Origin: a bacterium
GTDB lineage: Bacteria > UBA10199 > 2-02-FULL-50-16 > JAJFLM01
Length of the DNA: 64,000 nt
NCBI GenBank assembly: GCA_965216315.1
Contig: CBDCFN010000016.1
Location: 1,664,001 to 1,728,000 of the forward strand
Direction of reading: 5' to 3'
The notes under the pieces are model-generated. The model searched no databases. It was given only the letters and a program-made list of their open reading frames with translations, and had not been told where the DNA came from. A program made the translations under genes and the position numbers. How positions within the stretch are numbered: position 1 is the stretch's first letter; every line of letters starts with the position of its first letter. Shown piece by piece: positions 9,072 through 18,855 of this stretch.

Positions 9072-10604
9072 TTAATCCTGCCGATCTAACCCTGCAAATT
9101 GAATCCCGGTCAGTTCGGCCACAGGTTTTTTCCATGTCGCAATATCATCCTGGTTGAATTGATCGAGATGATTATGGCCACAGGCACGCGCCATGACCTG
9201 CATTAGCTCCACCGAGGCGTTGAGAAAACGAGCCAAGCGTTCCGCCCCTTTATCTACCTTGAGACGCGCCCGTAATTCGGGCTTTTGTGTCGCCACACCA
9301 CTCGGACAATTATTGGTATGACACATGCGCGCGGCGATACATCCAATGGCTTGAATTCCCGAATTTGCTATGGCAATGCCATCGGCCCCGAGACAAAGGG
9401 CTTTAATAAAGTCGGCAGGAACGCGAAGCCCCCCCGTGATAATCAACGTTACATCCGAAATTTTATTCTTCTCTAAATAGCGACGTGCTCGAGCAAGGGC
9501 GGGGATCGTCGGGACAGAGATATGATCACGAAACAACAACGGAGCTGCCCCCGTTCCACCCCCACGTCCATCTAAAATAATATAGTCGGCACTCGCTTCA
9601 AGAGCGAAGGCAATGTCATCCTCAATATGGTTTGCCGAAAGCTTAAAACCGATCGGAATACCGCCGCTGACCTCGCGTACCCGATCTGCAAATTTCTTAA
9701 AATCAGCTGGCGTATGCAGGTCCTTAAACGTCGCCGGAGAGACTGCGGGCTCTCCTTCCGGCAGCTTGCGAACTTGAGCGATTTTACCAACTACCTTATT
9801 GCCCGGCAAATGTCCCCCTGTCCCCGTCTTCGCTCCCTGTCCGCCTTTAAAATGGAAGGCTTGCACCTTAGTAAGTAATTCCTCTTCATATCCAAACTGA
9901 GCCGAGGCCAGTTCATAGAGATAGCGCTGATTCGCTTGTTGCTCTTCCGGCAACATGCCCCCTTCACCGGAGCAGATCCCCGTACCCGCCAGTTCGGCCC
10001 CGCGAGCAAGTGCCGTTTTGGCCTCTTCTGAAAGCGCTCCAAAGCTCATATCCGAAATGAACAGGGGAAGTTTCAGGACCAAAGGCTTCTTAGCCCGCGG
10101 TCCAATGACAAGTTCAGTCCCTACAGTCACATTATCCAGTAGAGGCTGCGTCGCCAGTTGTCCCGGCAACAATTGAATATCATCCCATTGAGGAAGAAAA
10201 GTCCGTGGCACCCCCATTGCTCCGATCTCTCCATGATACCCCGTCTTTTCAAGCCCGTTGCGGGCCAGTTCATGGATAAACTCAACCGTCGGCTCTTCCG
10301 GAGTCGCCCGGGCCGCTAGATGATCGCCTGATGATTCAGGGCTGGGACCCGCATCCGCCTTAAGTGTCGCATGCGTGCCATCGCAGTAAGGCGCATTAGC
10401 GGTGTGCTTGCACTGACAGAGGGCTACTTTATCGGATTTTTCAGCCGTGAACTTTTGCGGTGTAAAGGAGGTCCCCCGATGGGAACCATCACAAAAAGGT
10501 TGCGATTGGGAACGGCCACAACGACACCAATAATAATCTTTGCCCGCTTCTAGCTCAACCATGATCGGCTTACGCGCGGCGACTACCGGTAGATCTTCAT
10601 CCAT
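9072..10604 (-). CDS. FMN-binding glutamate synthase-family protein with N-terminal tandem CDGSH domains
   Basis: Two CDG[S/T]H motifs, then DMSFGALSEEAK, GEGG, GQGAKTGTGGHLP, DGRGGGTGA, CxxxxxCxxxxCPxG. Confidence 0.92.
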   Translation of the reverse strand: MDEDLPVVAARKPIMVELEAGKDYYWCRCGRSQSQPFCDGSHRGTSFTPQKFTAEKSDKVALCQCKHTANAPYCDGTHATLKADAGPSPESSGDHLAARATPEEPTVEFIHELARNGLEKTGYHGEIGAMGVPRTFLPQWDDIQLLPGQLATQPLLDNVTVGTELVIGPRAKKPLVLKLPLFISDMSFGALSEEAKTALARGAELAGTGICSGEGGMLPEEQQANQRYLYELASAQFGYEEELLTKVQAFHFKGGQGAKTGTGGHLPGNKVVGKIAQVRKLPEGEPAVSPATFKDLHTPADFKKFADRVREVSGGIPIGFKLSANHIEDDIAFALEASADYIILDGRGGGTGAAPLLFRDHISVPTIPALARARRYLEKNKISDVTLIITGGLRVPADFIKALCLGADGIAIANSGIQAIGCIAARMCHTNNCPSGVATQKPELRARLKVDKGAERLARFLNASVELMQVMARACGHNHLDQFNQDDIATWKKPVAELTGIQFAGLDRQD

Positions 10605-10633
10605 TGTCTACAGCTCCTCCCCATCAATTTAGT

Positions 10634-11329
10634 TCAGATCAAGTCAAATAGCAGAAATTCGGCCTCTTGTCTCGCTTCAATCGAGATGAATTGCTCCTCT
10701 GACACCGCGAGTCCGTCACCTGCACCCAAAGCCAATCCATTGACCTCAATCGCTCCCGTAATCATCTGCAACCATCCATGGCGACATTCCTCAAGCTCGT
10801 AGGAACAGCTCTGATCGCGTTGCATAACCGATGCAAAAAGTTTTACATCTTGGTGAATTCTAATTGAATCAGCCTCTCCCGACCCTGACACAATAAGTCT
10901 CAGCTGATTTAACTTGTCCTCTCGAGTGAAAGATTTTTGATCATAACGAGGAGCAAGGGCCTTAGCATTCGGTAGGATCCAAATTTGTAATAAATGCGTT
11001 TCTGCTTGCGAATCATTCATCTCACTGTGAACAACGCCAGACCCTGCACTCATGTATTGAACATCACCTGAATGGATCGTCGACCCATTACCCATATTAT
11101 CCCGATGAGACAGTGCCCCGGTAATGACATAGGTAATAATTTCCATATCAAGATGCGGATGCTGTCCAAACCCACGCTGCGGACTTATTCTGTCCTCATT
11201 GATAACTCGCAATGTATGGAAACCCATATTTTGAGGATCATAGTAATCTGCAAAAGAAAAAGAATAGGCTGTCTTCAACCAACCATAATCAAAAATACCC
11301 CTATCCTCCGCCTTTCTAACCGTGAGCAT
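10634..11329 (-). CDS. pirin family protein (YhhW-like)
   Basis: LRVINED, HPHLDMEIITYV, HRDNMGN, MSAGSGVVHSE, LLQIWI. Confidence 0.95.
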   Translation of the reverse strand: MLTVRKAEDRGIFDYGWLKTAYSFSFADYYDPQNMGFHTLRVINEDRISPQRGFGQHPHLDMEIITYVITGALSHRDNMGNGSTIHSGDVQYMSAGSGVVHSEMNDSQAETHLLQIWILPNAKALAPRYDQKSFTREDKLNQLRLIVSGSGEADSIRIHQDVKLFASVMQRDQSCSYELEECRHGWLQMITGAIEVNGLALGAGDGLAVSEEQFISIEARQEAEFLLFDLI

Positions 11330-11460
11330 TCGCTATCCCCCTTCGGCTCCTATGAGTTCGGGATAGTACTCCTTTCTCATACTCATGCAATAGTCTCGTA
11401 GTTTTGGGTCCTGCATTAATTCCCCTTGGACATTTTTAAAAACCTGGGCATATTAAATTA

Positions 11461-11859
11461 ATGAATCATCCAGTCGTTCTCTTTGACGGTGTTTGCAATT
11501 TCTGTAACGCCAGTGTCAATTTCATCATCAAGAGAGATCCTAAGCACCTCTTTCGCTTCGCCGCCTTGCAATCGGACGCAGGCATAAAACTCTTAACCCA
11601 GCTTGGACTCTCAACAACTTCAATAGATACTATCGTCTTAGTTATCGGTGACCAATATTACACCAGATCATCGGCCGCCTTGCGGATCGCTCGACGCCTC
11701 TCCGGGCTGTGGCCCCTTCTCTTTGGATTTATTATCGTACCTGCCTTCATTCGCGATGCCCTCTACAACTTGATCGCGCGCCACAGATACAATTGGTTTG
11801 GCAAACAGGATACTTGTATGGTTCCCACCCCTGAAGTCAGGTCACGGTTTTTAGACTAA
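11461..11859 (+). CDS. thiol-disulfide oxidoreductase DCC family (DUF393/YuxK-like)
   Basis: FDGVCNFC, RFAALQS, RDALYNLIARHRYNWFG. Confidence 0.93.
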   Translation: MNHPVVLFDGVCNFCNASVNFIIKRDPKHLFRFAALQSDAGIKLLTQLGLSTTSIDTIVLVIGDQYYTRSSAALRIARRLSGLWPLLFGFIIVPAFIRDALYNLIARHRYNWFGKQDTCMVPTPEVRSRFLD

Positions 11860-12114
11860 CCCATACTTGAGTCCTAATAAAATAAGGTACCCTATCGTTA
11901 CAACAACAGGAATAATCGTATATCCAATAATATGTATCTTATTGGTTCGAATTTCTTCAGCGGGAATTTTAGAAAATATCTTCTTGCCGAAATTAGGATT
12001 CATCCGTCCATAGATACTCAGCACGGAATATACCAACAAACCGATTCCGACCAAAACCTGACCCCAAAGTGGCATTTGGTCGACGAGACCCTGCAGCTGT
12101 CTTAAGGTTTTCAT
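11851..12114 (-). CDS. small hypothetical membrane protein
   Basis: 87 aa, two hydrophobic helices. Confidence 0.55.
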   Translation of the reverse strand: MKTLRQLQGLVDQMPLWGQVLVGIGLLVYSVLSIYGRMNPNFGKKIFSKIPAEEIRTNKIHIIGYTIIPVVVTIGYLILLGLKYGLV

Positions 12115-12141
12115 CTCACTCGCATTATATAGACGAAACGA

Positions 12142-12354
12142 CTATCCGGTCGCTTCTGGTCGACTCTGCGCAGTGGAACCACCCGACACGGCCCAGATAA
12201 TACCGCCTACAACAATCATAGCCCCACGAATCACCCAACCTACGGTAGGACCCCAGTTTTCAATCCACATTAAGAGTTTAAATTCATAGTTGAAAAAATG
12301 GAGAGCGATCGAACCGACCCCCATGATGACGAGAAAAGAACCAATGCTTCGCAT
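12142..12354 (-). CDS. small hypothetical membrane protein
   Basis: 70 aa, two TM helices around LLMWIENWG; GGGAGG RBS. Confidence 0.75.
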   Translation of the reverse strand: MRSIGSFLVIMGVGSIALHFFNYEFKLLMWIENWGPTVGWVIRGAMIVVGGIIWAVSGGSTAQSRPEATG

Positions 12355-12472
12355 AGTAGCCTCCCTATGCCTATTCCAGACCTTAATCAGTGCAACAAGT
12401 CAAGATGATAGCCTGAACGGAAATTCATCATCTCATTTAACATATTAAGATTATTAAAAAAATTGAGTCGGA

Positions 12473-13450
12473 CTAGGTTGAACCCTCGAGTTTCGGCGCG
12501 GGCCTCCGATGCGGCTCTTCAAGATTAATCTCCGGACCAAGGGGAACAATCCCCGTTGGATTGATTGAGAGGTGACTCCGATAATAGTGAGATTTGATAT
12601 GCTGTAAATTGCACGTCTCTTTGACTCCCGGCACTTGATAAATAGCCTTTAAATAATCATAAAGATTAGGATAGTCGCTGATACGTCTTAGATTGCATTT
12701 AAAGTGACTATAATAGACAGGATCAAAACGAAACAAGGTTGTAAAGAGTCTGATATCCGCTTCGGTCAAGCGGTCACCACATAAATAGTTCTGTTCTTCA
12801 AGAGTCGCCTCAAGCTTATCCAATGTCTCAAATAAACTACGCACACCTTCCTCGTAGGCCTCTTGAGTCGTCGCAAAACCGGCACGATAGACCCCATTGT
12901 TGACGTACTCATAAACGTCATCATTGATGGAATCAATCTGCTCACGAAGCGTCTCCGGATAAAAATCAATCTTTGACCCAGCCGTTTCGTTAAAAGCAGT
13001 ATTGAGGATGCGGATAATCTCAGCCGACTCATTATTAACAATGGTATGACGCTGCTTATCCCAAAGCACAGGTACGGTAACGCGCCCTGTATAATCTGCT
13101 TGCGCCTTCAAATAAATCTCATAGAGAAATTCGCATCCATTAACTGTATCCGGAATGCCGCCGTCTTCCGAATGAAAGCTCCAGCCGTTTTCGCTCATCA
13201 ATGAATTGACAACCGACACCGATATGGTCTCTTCCAGGCCCTTCAACTTGCGCACAATCAAGGTGCGGTGCGCCCACGGGCATGCTAACGAAACATACAA
13301 ATGGTATCGACCTGGCTCTGCTGGAAACTTGGATGAGGGAACGGGGGAAATAGAATCTCTAAATTGGGTGGGTTCGCGAACAAATCGGCCTTTGGTCGAC
13401 TTAGTATCATACCATGCGTTCGTCCACTGCCCGCCGACAAGCATTCCCAC
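12473..13450 (-). CDS. yqjG: glutathionyl-hydroquinone reductase (GST Xi class)
   Basis: GRYHLYVSLACPWAHR, YTGRVTVPVLWD, NNESAEI, NNGVY, INPTGIVPLGP. Confidence 0.95.
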   Translation of the reverse strand: MGMLVGGQWTNAWYDTKSTKGRFVREPTQFRDSISPVPSSKFPAEPGRYHLYVSLACPWAHRTLIVRKLKGLEETISVSVVNSLMSENGWSFHSEDGGIPDTVNGCEFLYEIYLKAQADYTGRVTVPVLWDKQRHTIVNNESAEIIRILNTAFNETAGSKIDFYPETLREQIDSINDDVYEYVNNGVYRAGFATTQEAYEEGVRSLFETLDKLEATLEEQNYLCGDRLTEADIRLFTTLFRFDPVYYSHFKCNLRRISDYPNLYDYLKAIYQVPGVKETCNLQHIKSHYYRSHLSINPTGIVPLGPEINLEEPHRRPAPKLEGST

Positions 13451-13455
13451 GACAA

Positions 13456-15084
13456 CTACGCCGCGATGAGTCCGGCATGAAATTGCTGTTCCAACAATTT
13501 CCCTTCCGCCGTATTCGTAAATTGCTTAAAGTTGTCGATGAATTTCCTTGCCAGTAGATTCAAGGTGCGATCATACTCCTCTTTATCAGCCCACGTGTTC
13601 CGTGGATTAAGCACTTTTGAATCGACACCTTCGATAGCTGTGGGGATTTGCAGATTAAAGGTGGGAAAAACCTCATACTCTGCATTTGCAAGTGAACCGT
13701 CGAGTATACTGTCAATAATTTTGCGGGTGCCCTTTAAGTCGAGACGCTGACCTACACCATATTGACCGCCCGTCCACCCCGTATTCACCAGGTAAGCCTC
13801 CGCTCCATGCTCCTCTAGCTTCTTGCCAAGTATTTCTGCATAACGCGTTGGATGTTGAAGTAAGAACGGATGCCCAAAACAGGCAGAAAAAGTTGCTACC
13901 GGCTCCTTAATCCCCAGCTCGGTTCCGGCGACCTTAGCTGTATACCCGCTAAGAAACTGGTACATCGCCTGCGCTTTGGATAATTTGGAAACAGGAGGCA
14001 AGACGCCATAGGCATCACAGGTCAGAAAAATAACCCGCTTTGGATGAGTTCCCTTTGAAACCGGCTTCACAATATTTTCAATGTGATAGATAGGATAAGA
14101 TACGCGCGTGTTCTGAGTCTTGGCGCTCGATTCAAAGTCCACACGACCAGATTCATCAACCACGACATTCTCTAATAAAGCATTACGCTTGATGGCGTCA
14201 TATATATCGGGTTCTTTATCGCGCGAAAGGTCGATCGTTTTAGCGTAACAACCCCCTTCAAGATTGAAAACCCCCTCGTTATCCCAGCCATGCTCATCAT
14301 CACCAATAAGCTTACGCTTAGGATCCGTCGACAGCGTCGTTTTTCCCGTACCTGACAGGCCGAAAAAGAGCGCCGTATCCCCATCGGCCCCCATATTGGC
14401 CGAACAATGGAACGAACCAATGCCTTTAAGCGGCAGAAAATAGTTCATGATCGAGAAGATGCCTTTTTTGATTTCGCCGCCGTACCATGTCCCACCAATA
14501 ACCGTCGTTCTCTCTTCGAGATTAAAGGCGACATAATTTTCGGAATTGAGACCATAATCTTTAAAATCTTTGCAGGTGGTCTTACAGGCGTTCAAAATAG
14601 TCCAATCAGGCTTAAAGCAAGCCAGTTCTTCATCAGAGGGGCGAATGAACATATTTTTAAAGAAATGGGCCATCCAAGCAACCTCTGTCACCAGCCTCAC
14701 TGACAAACGCGTATCCGGATCAGCGCCACAATATCCGTCCATCACGTACAACTGTTTCCCAGATAATTGCTTAACGGATATCTCTTTGAGATGAGCCCAG
14801 GTTTTGAGATTGATCGGCTTATTATCGGAACCGTCCTTCGCCCACCAAACCTTGTCTTTGTTGGTCTCACTTTTGACTATGTATTTATCACGTGGGGAAC
14901 GTCCCGTGAACTTCCCCGTATCCACCGCAACAGCCCCTAACTCGGTTACAACCCCTCGATCATACCCAGTCAGTGAGGGATCGATCTCTTTTTCAAAAAG
15001 TTCTTCGTAAGAGCAATTATGATCGATATGGGTACAGTCCTGTATCCCCAATTGGGCCAGGTCATTTGTCGAAAAAGTAGTCAT
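13456..15084 (-). CDS. pckA: phosphoenolpyruvate carboxykinase (ATP)
   Basis: [39 protein letters not shown]. Confidence 0.97.
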   Translation of the reverse strand: MTTFSTNDLAQLGIQDCTHIDHNCSYEELFEKEIDPSLTGYDRGVVTELGAVAVDTGKFTGRSPRDKYIVKSETNKDKVWWAKDGSDNKPINLKTWAHLKEISVKQLSGKQLYVMDGYCGADPDTRLSVRLVTEVAWMAHFFKNMFIRPSDEELACFKPDWTILNACKTTCKDFKDYGLNSENYVAFNLEERTTVIGGTWYGGEIKKGIFSIMNYFLPLKGIGSFHCSANMGADGDTALFFGLSGTGKTTLSTDPKRKLIGDDEHGWDNEGVFNLEGGCYAKTIDLSRDKEPDIYDAIKRNALLENVVVDESGRVDFESSAKTQNTRVSYPIYHIENIVKPVSKGTHPKRVIFLTCDAYGVLPPVSKLSKAQAMYQFLSGYTAKVAGTELGIKEPVATFSACFGHPFLLQHPTRYAEILGKKLEEHGAEAYLVNTGWTGGQYGVGQRLDLKGTRKIIDSILDGSLANAEYEVFPTFNLQIPTAIEGVDSKVLNPRNTWADKEEYDRTLNLLARKFIDNFKQFTNTAEGKLLEQQFHAGLIAA

Positions 15085-15324
15085 CTCGCCTTCCAACCTC
15101 CCTCACCGTGAGAATTGATATTCAGCCTCTTAAACCCTCGCCTGACATACTGATTTCATCAGGTCAAGAAAGTTTGCGGAAGCGAGCCTCCCCCTAAACA
15201 TTAGCTATGTAACTATCTGTTTTATATAAAGAATATCATGCATCCCCGCGAAAGCAAGATTCAATTTTCCTTCAAAGCCCTGATTTGATATGCAGAGATT
15301 CGCTATTTATGAAAGGAGCGCCCG

Positions 15325-15948
15325 ATGAAACCGATCTATGCTAAAGCCTGGATGCTATTAATCCCCTTACTTCTCGCCTTTTCGCCTTGCGATTCGCTAA
15401 CCGGCAAGGACAGCCCCAAAGAGGAACCAAAAGAAAGTGCCGTCAAAGATACGACACCAAAGCCATCGATCGCGCTAGCTAAAAATAGCTTTACTCCAGG
15501 AGAATCGGTTACCGTTCAGTATGTTGCCTTACCTTCTTATGCTGAAAACGCCTGGATCGGTATTATCCCTTCGAACGTCAGTCACGGCAGTGAGAGCCAG
15601 AACGATCAGCATGATATAAGTTACCAGTATTTAAAAAAGAGCACTTCGGGAAGTATGACCTTCCGCGCTCCTAATCAACCTGGAACTTATGATTTCCGCA
15701 TGCACGATACGGACAACAACGGAATCGAGGTCGCTTCCGTAACTTTTACCGTTGAAGGAGATCCAGCAGCACCTCAGCCTACAGGCTTTGTCGTCGGCGA
15801 CGCGGTCATGGTCGAATGGAAGGGTCGTTGGTGGCCAGCACGAGTCATTAGTCTCCGCAATGGTACTACCCCATACAAGATTCATTATGATGGCTACAGC
15901 AATTCATGGGACGAATGGATTGGCGATGCGCGCATACGCAAACGCTAG
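15325..15948 (+). CDS. secreted protein with SKICH/Ig-like domain and C-terminal Tudor-knot/Agenet-like domain
   Basis: Signal peptide with Cys; AWIGIIP...YQYL...GSMTFRAP..PGTYDFR; C-term VEWKGRWWPARV...YKIHYDGYSNSWDEWI. Confidence 0.7.
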   Translation: MKPIYAKAWMLLIPLLLAFSPCDSLTGKDSPKEEPKESAVKDTTPKPSIALAKNSFTPGESVTVQYVALPSYAENAWIGIIPSNVSHGSESQNDQHDISYQYLKKSTSGSMTFRAPNQPGTYDFRMHDTDNNGIEVASVTFTVEGDPAAPQPTGFVVGDAVMVEWKGRWWPARVISLRNGTTPYKIHYDGYSNSWDEWIGDARIRKR

Positions 15949-16665
15949 CTATTCAATTTGAATACCGATTTCTTTGAGTTCATTTTTTATCAGCGCATCC
16001 CAGCCTCGGTTCGACTTAGGATTTGCGGGGCTGGGATGACTGATATAGGAAATAGTCCCTGAAAAATCAGTCAAGGCCTCTTGAGCACGCTTCTCTGCAT
16101 AGCGCCCTACCCCAATGAGGTATTTCGGCTGGAGGATATCTACGGTTTGAACCAGGGCCTGTCCGCAGATCTCACTGATTTGTCGCTGTTGTACTTTAGG
16201 CAAGACTTCCGGCGTCAGATTGCGCCCGGTGTCGTGCAAAAACAGCAAAGGACAATAGTTGATCACCAAAAACCGCTTAAAAAAGGCATCTGGCGTTTCA
16301 AACTGCTCACGTGCCCATCCCCAAAGCCGCTTTCCACTGACTTCGCTGCGCTTGCAGGCAAAGCCATCCACCGGCTTTTTGGGATGAAGCCGGGACGGCT
16401 GTCCCACCGGAGCTTCTACCTGCAGCCAATCGCGCACGAAACTCACTTCACCAAAAGGAATGCCCGTTTGCGCCATCCCCCAAGGGCCGGGATTCATCCC
16501 GAGCAACAAGGCCTCCTTAGGGCCTTGCGCATACTTATTGAGATAGAGGTTCCAAGGCTCGCGCGCATACTCCAGCGGGTTATACACATAGGCCACGGGA
16601 TCTGAAAATTTCAGGGAATGCAGACGCTCTTGGAGTTGGTCGAAAATGGCTGTAAGCTGTGACAT
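15949..16665 (-). CDS. SMUG1-family uracil-DNA glycosylase
   Basis: YVYNPLEYA, GMNPGPWGMAQTGIPFG, SEVSGKRLW, NYCPL, HPSPANP. Confidence 0.92.
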   Translation of the reverse strand: MSQLTAIFDQLQERLHSLKFSDPVAYVYNPLEYAREPWNLYLNKYAQGPKEALLLGMNPGPWGMAQTGIPFGEVSFVRDWLQVEAPVGQPSRLHPKKPVDGFACKRSEVSGKRLWGWAREQFETPDAFFKRFLVINYCPLLFLHDTGRNLTPEVLPKVQQRQISEICGQALVQTVDILQPKYLIGVGRYAEKRAQEALTDFSGTISYISHPSPANPKSNRGWDALIKNELKEIGIQIE

Positions 16666-16670
16666 AGTGA

Positions 16671-17069
16671 CTATTTCAAAATGATCATCATATTTCCTTC
16701 GCGACGAGAACTCATGGCTGCAAATTTTTTGCGCAGCCATTTTTTAAAAACCGTTCTCGTGGCGGGAATCAACAAAATAAAACCAAACGCATCGGTTAAA
16801 AGTCCCGGCGTAATCAAGACAATGCCAGCAGCGAAAATGAGGAGACCGTCAACCATCTGTTCAGCCGGCATTTCACCCTGTTGTAAGCGCTCTGAAATAT
16901 TCAACCAGACCTTTAATCCCTGCCATCGCGCTAAAGCAGCTCCCGTTATCCCCGTAACGAGGACAATCAACAACGTATCCACTAAACCAATTTCTGTGCC
17001 CAGCTTGATGAGGATGATGATCTCAAGAAATGGTACCGCTACAAACAGGAATGCCAATTTCAAAAACAT
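16671..17069 (-). CDS. fxsA: FxsA family membrane protein
   Basis: VPFLEI...TG..GAALARWQG...LITPGLLTDAFG. Confidence 0.92.
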   Translation of the reverse strand: MFLKLAFLFVAVPFLEIIILIKLGTEIGLVDTLLIVLVTGITGAALARWQGLKVWLNISERLQQGEMPAEQMVDGLLIFAAGIVLITPGLLTDAFGFILLIPATRTVFKKWLRKKFAAMSSRREGNMMIILK

Positions 17070-17116
17070 GAATTCAACTTAAACCCTTTAAAGGAGATGT
17101 CAATGCAGTGAGTCGA

Positions 17117-18394
17117 TTACCGCCCCAGAAATGCAACCAATTCATTCTTGGTCAGCAAAAAATCGCGTCGTATCTCTGAATATCGCCTTTTTTGATCTAA
17201 AATCCGTTGCGAAGCGCTCAGAACGTCGGGAGAATTTTTGGTGCCAAGTTCATATTCTTGCCTCGTCAGCTCAAGATATTTTTTCGTTTGCTGCACATTC
17301 GACTGAACCCCATGGACAAGATCGTGCCGCAAAGTTAGTATATGCTTTAGCTTGCGAAATTGCGCCTCAAGCTCACGTTTCTTTTGCTCTGATTGCAGCT
17401 TAACTCCTTTTGCCCGAAACTTAAGAGATTTAGCTTCTCGACTCGACTGCAGGCCATCAAAGAGGTTCATACTCAGTTGCGCACCTGCAACATATTCATC
17501 GCGCTCTTCAATCGCGGTCCGTTCGCGCTCTCGAAATGGATACAGGTTGTAATTTCCATAGATGTCGACCGATGGGGTCCACCATAGATTCGCCTTCTTC
17601 TTGGCAAGATCCAACGCTTCAGACTGCCGCCTTAAAAGTTGGACTTCATAATGCGCATCCGGGTCAAAATCCGCATTAAATAAATCATCTGTATGCTTGT
17701 GAGCCAAACTTCCCTTCAATTTAATTTCTTGATCTAACGGCATCCCCAAAACAGATTGTAAGAGCTCTAAAGTATGTTCATGATCTTCTTTAACGATCGC
17801 CAACTCCTGCCTCAGACGACCTTGATAAATAGCAAAATCCAATTTATCCGTTTCAGTCGTCAGCCCGGCATCGATACGCTTCTGAACCAACTCAATATTC
17901 TGACGATTATTAGCGAGCGCGTTCCGATAATGCCCTGCTATATCTTTTAGGAATAATGCCTTAACAAATAAATTGCGGGCACGTCGTAATTCGCTCAGAT
18001 AGTATTTTTGGGCCTGTGTATCCTTGACGCTCAGTTCTTTCTTGCGCCTCTTTTCCTCTAAATAATCTCGCCCACCTTCCAACAGGTTAATGTTCCCTTC
18101 AACGCCAGCAACTGGCTGGGTCATACGGTCTCGATCGAGCGTTCGAAAGGTTTCTCCACCACCGTGGGCCTTCACTTTAGGCAAAAAAGACCGTGGCAAA
18201 TGTCCTGTCCTCGCCTTGGCGCCCGCAGCAAATGCGTGCGAACCCTGAACAGCCAGATTCTGCTGTTGTACGAGCCGTGGCAAATCATCGAAAGAAATCG
18301 ACTCCGCCCACGCGATGTTTACAAGAGTCAAATTCAGCACGAAGCCCCAAACTATCAGAGAATAACGCGTTCTCATCACTGTTTCTCCCGTCAA
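17117..18394 (-). CDS. TolC family outer-membrane efflux protein
   Basis: Signal peptide, two OEP repeats (GLTTETD; EYELGTKNSPDVL); last gene of RND operon. Confidence 0.88.
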   Translation of the reverse strand: MTGETVMRTRYSLIVWGFVLNLTLVNIAWAESISFDDLPRLVQQQNLAVQGSHAFAAGAKARTGHLPRSFLPKVKAHGGGETFRTLDRDRMTQPVAGVEGNINLLEGGRDYLEEKRRKKELSVKDTQAQKYYLSELRRARNLFVKALFLKDIAGHYRNALANNRQNIELVQKRIDAGLTTETDKLDFAIYQGRLRQELAIVKEDHEHTLELLQSVLGMPLDQEIKLKGSLAHKHTDDLFNADFDPDAHYEVQLLRRQSEALDLAKKKANLWWTPSVDIYGNYNLYPFRERERTAIEERDEYVAGAQLSMNLFDGLQSSREAKSLKFRAKGVKLQSEQKKRELEAQFRKLKHILTLRHDLVHGVQSNVQQTKKYLELTRQEYELGTKNSPDVLSASQRILDQKRRYSEIRRDFLLTKNELVAFLGR

Positions 18395-18855
18395 TCAAGG
18401 TTTTCAAACAAAACCAAGAGCTCTTTACCTTTTTCTTTAAATGTTATTTCTATATTAAACGGCTTACGTGACGGCTTGGGTGCGACACCACGAAAATTCT
18501 TTTTTTCTGCAGTCAAAGCAAAGGGCATTTTAGTCAGCGCCTCCCCCTTTTTTTTGACAATGAGCTTGGCGGTGGCCTTCGCTTCAAACTTGTTAATCGG
18601 TAGCGGTTTCATATGATTATCGTATAAATAGATCCGAACTGTGCGATCCGTGGCGCGAACCAGTTCCGCTTTATAGACAGGATCCGAGTGATCATGGTGA
18701 TCATGTTTATGAGCTGACTTCTCGCTTACCGCAGCAAGAATACCACCATACTTTCCTATAAGCTTCGACTGTTCACCATGGTGTCCTTCATGACTCAGCG
18801 CCGGCATGCTCACCATAAGACTCAACACGGTACTTAGATAAATAAACCTTTTCAT
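18391..18855 (-). CDS. periplasmic His-rich putative metal-binding protein
   Basis: Signal peptide then SHEGHHGE...HKHDHHDH; 4-nt overlaps with both neighbours. Confidence 0.75.
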   Translation of the reverse strand: MKRFIYLSTVLSLMVSMPALSHEGHHGEQSKLIGKYGGILAAVSEKSAHKHDHHDHSDPVYKAELVRATDRTVRIYLYDNHMKPLPINKFEAKATAKLIVKKKGEALTKMPFALTAEKKNFRGVAPKPSRKPFNIEITFKEKGKELLVLFENLD

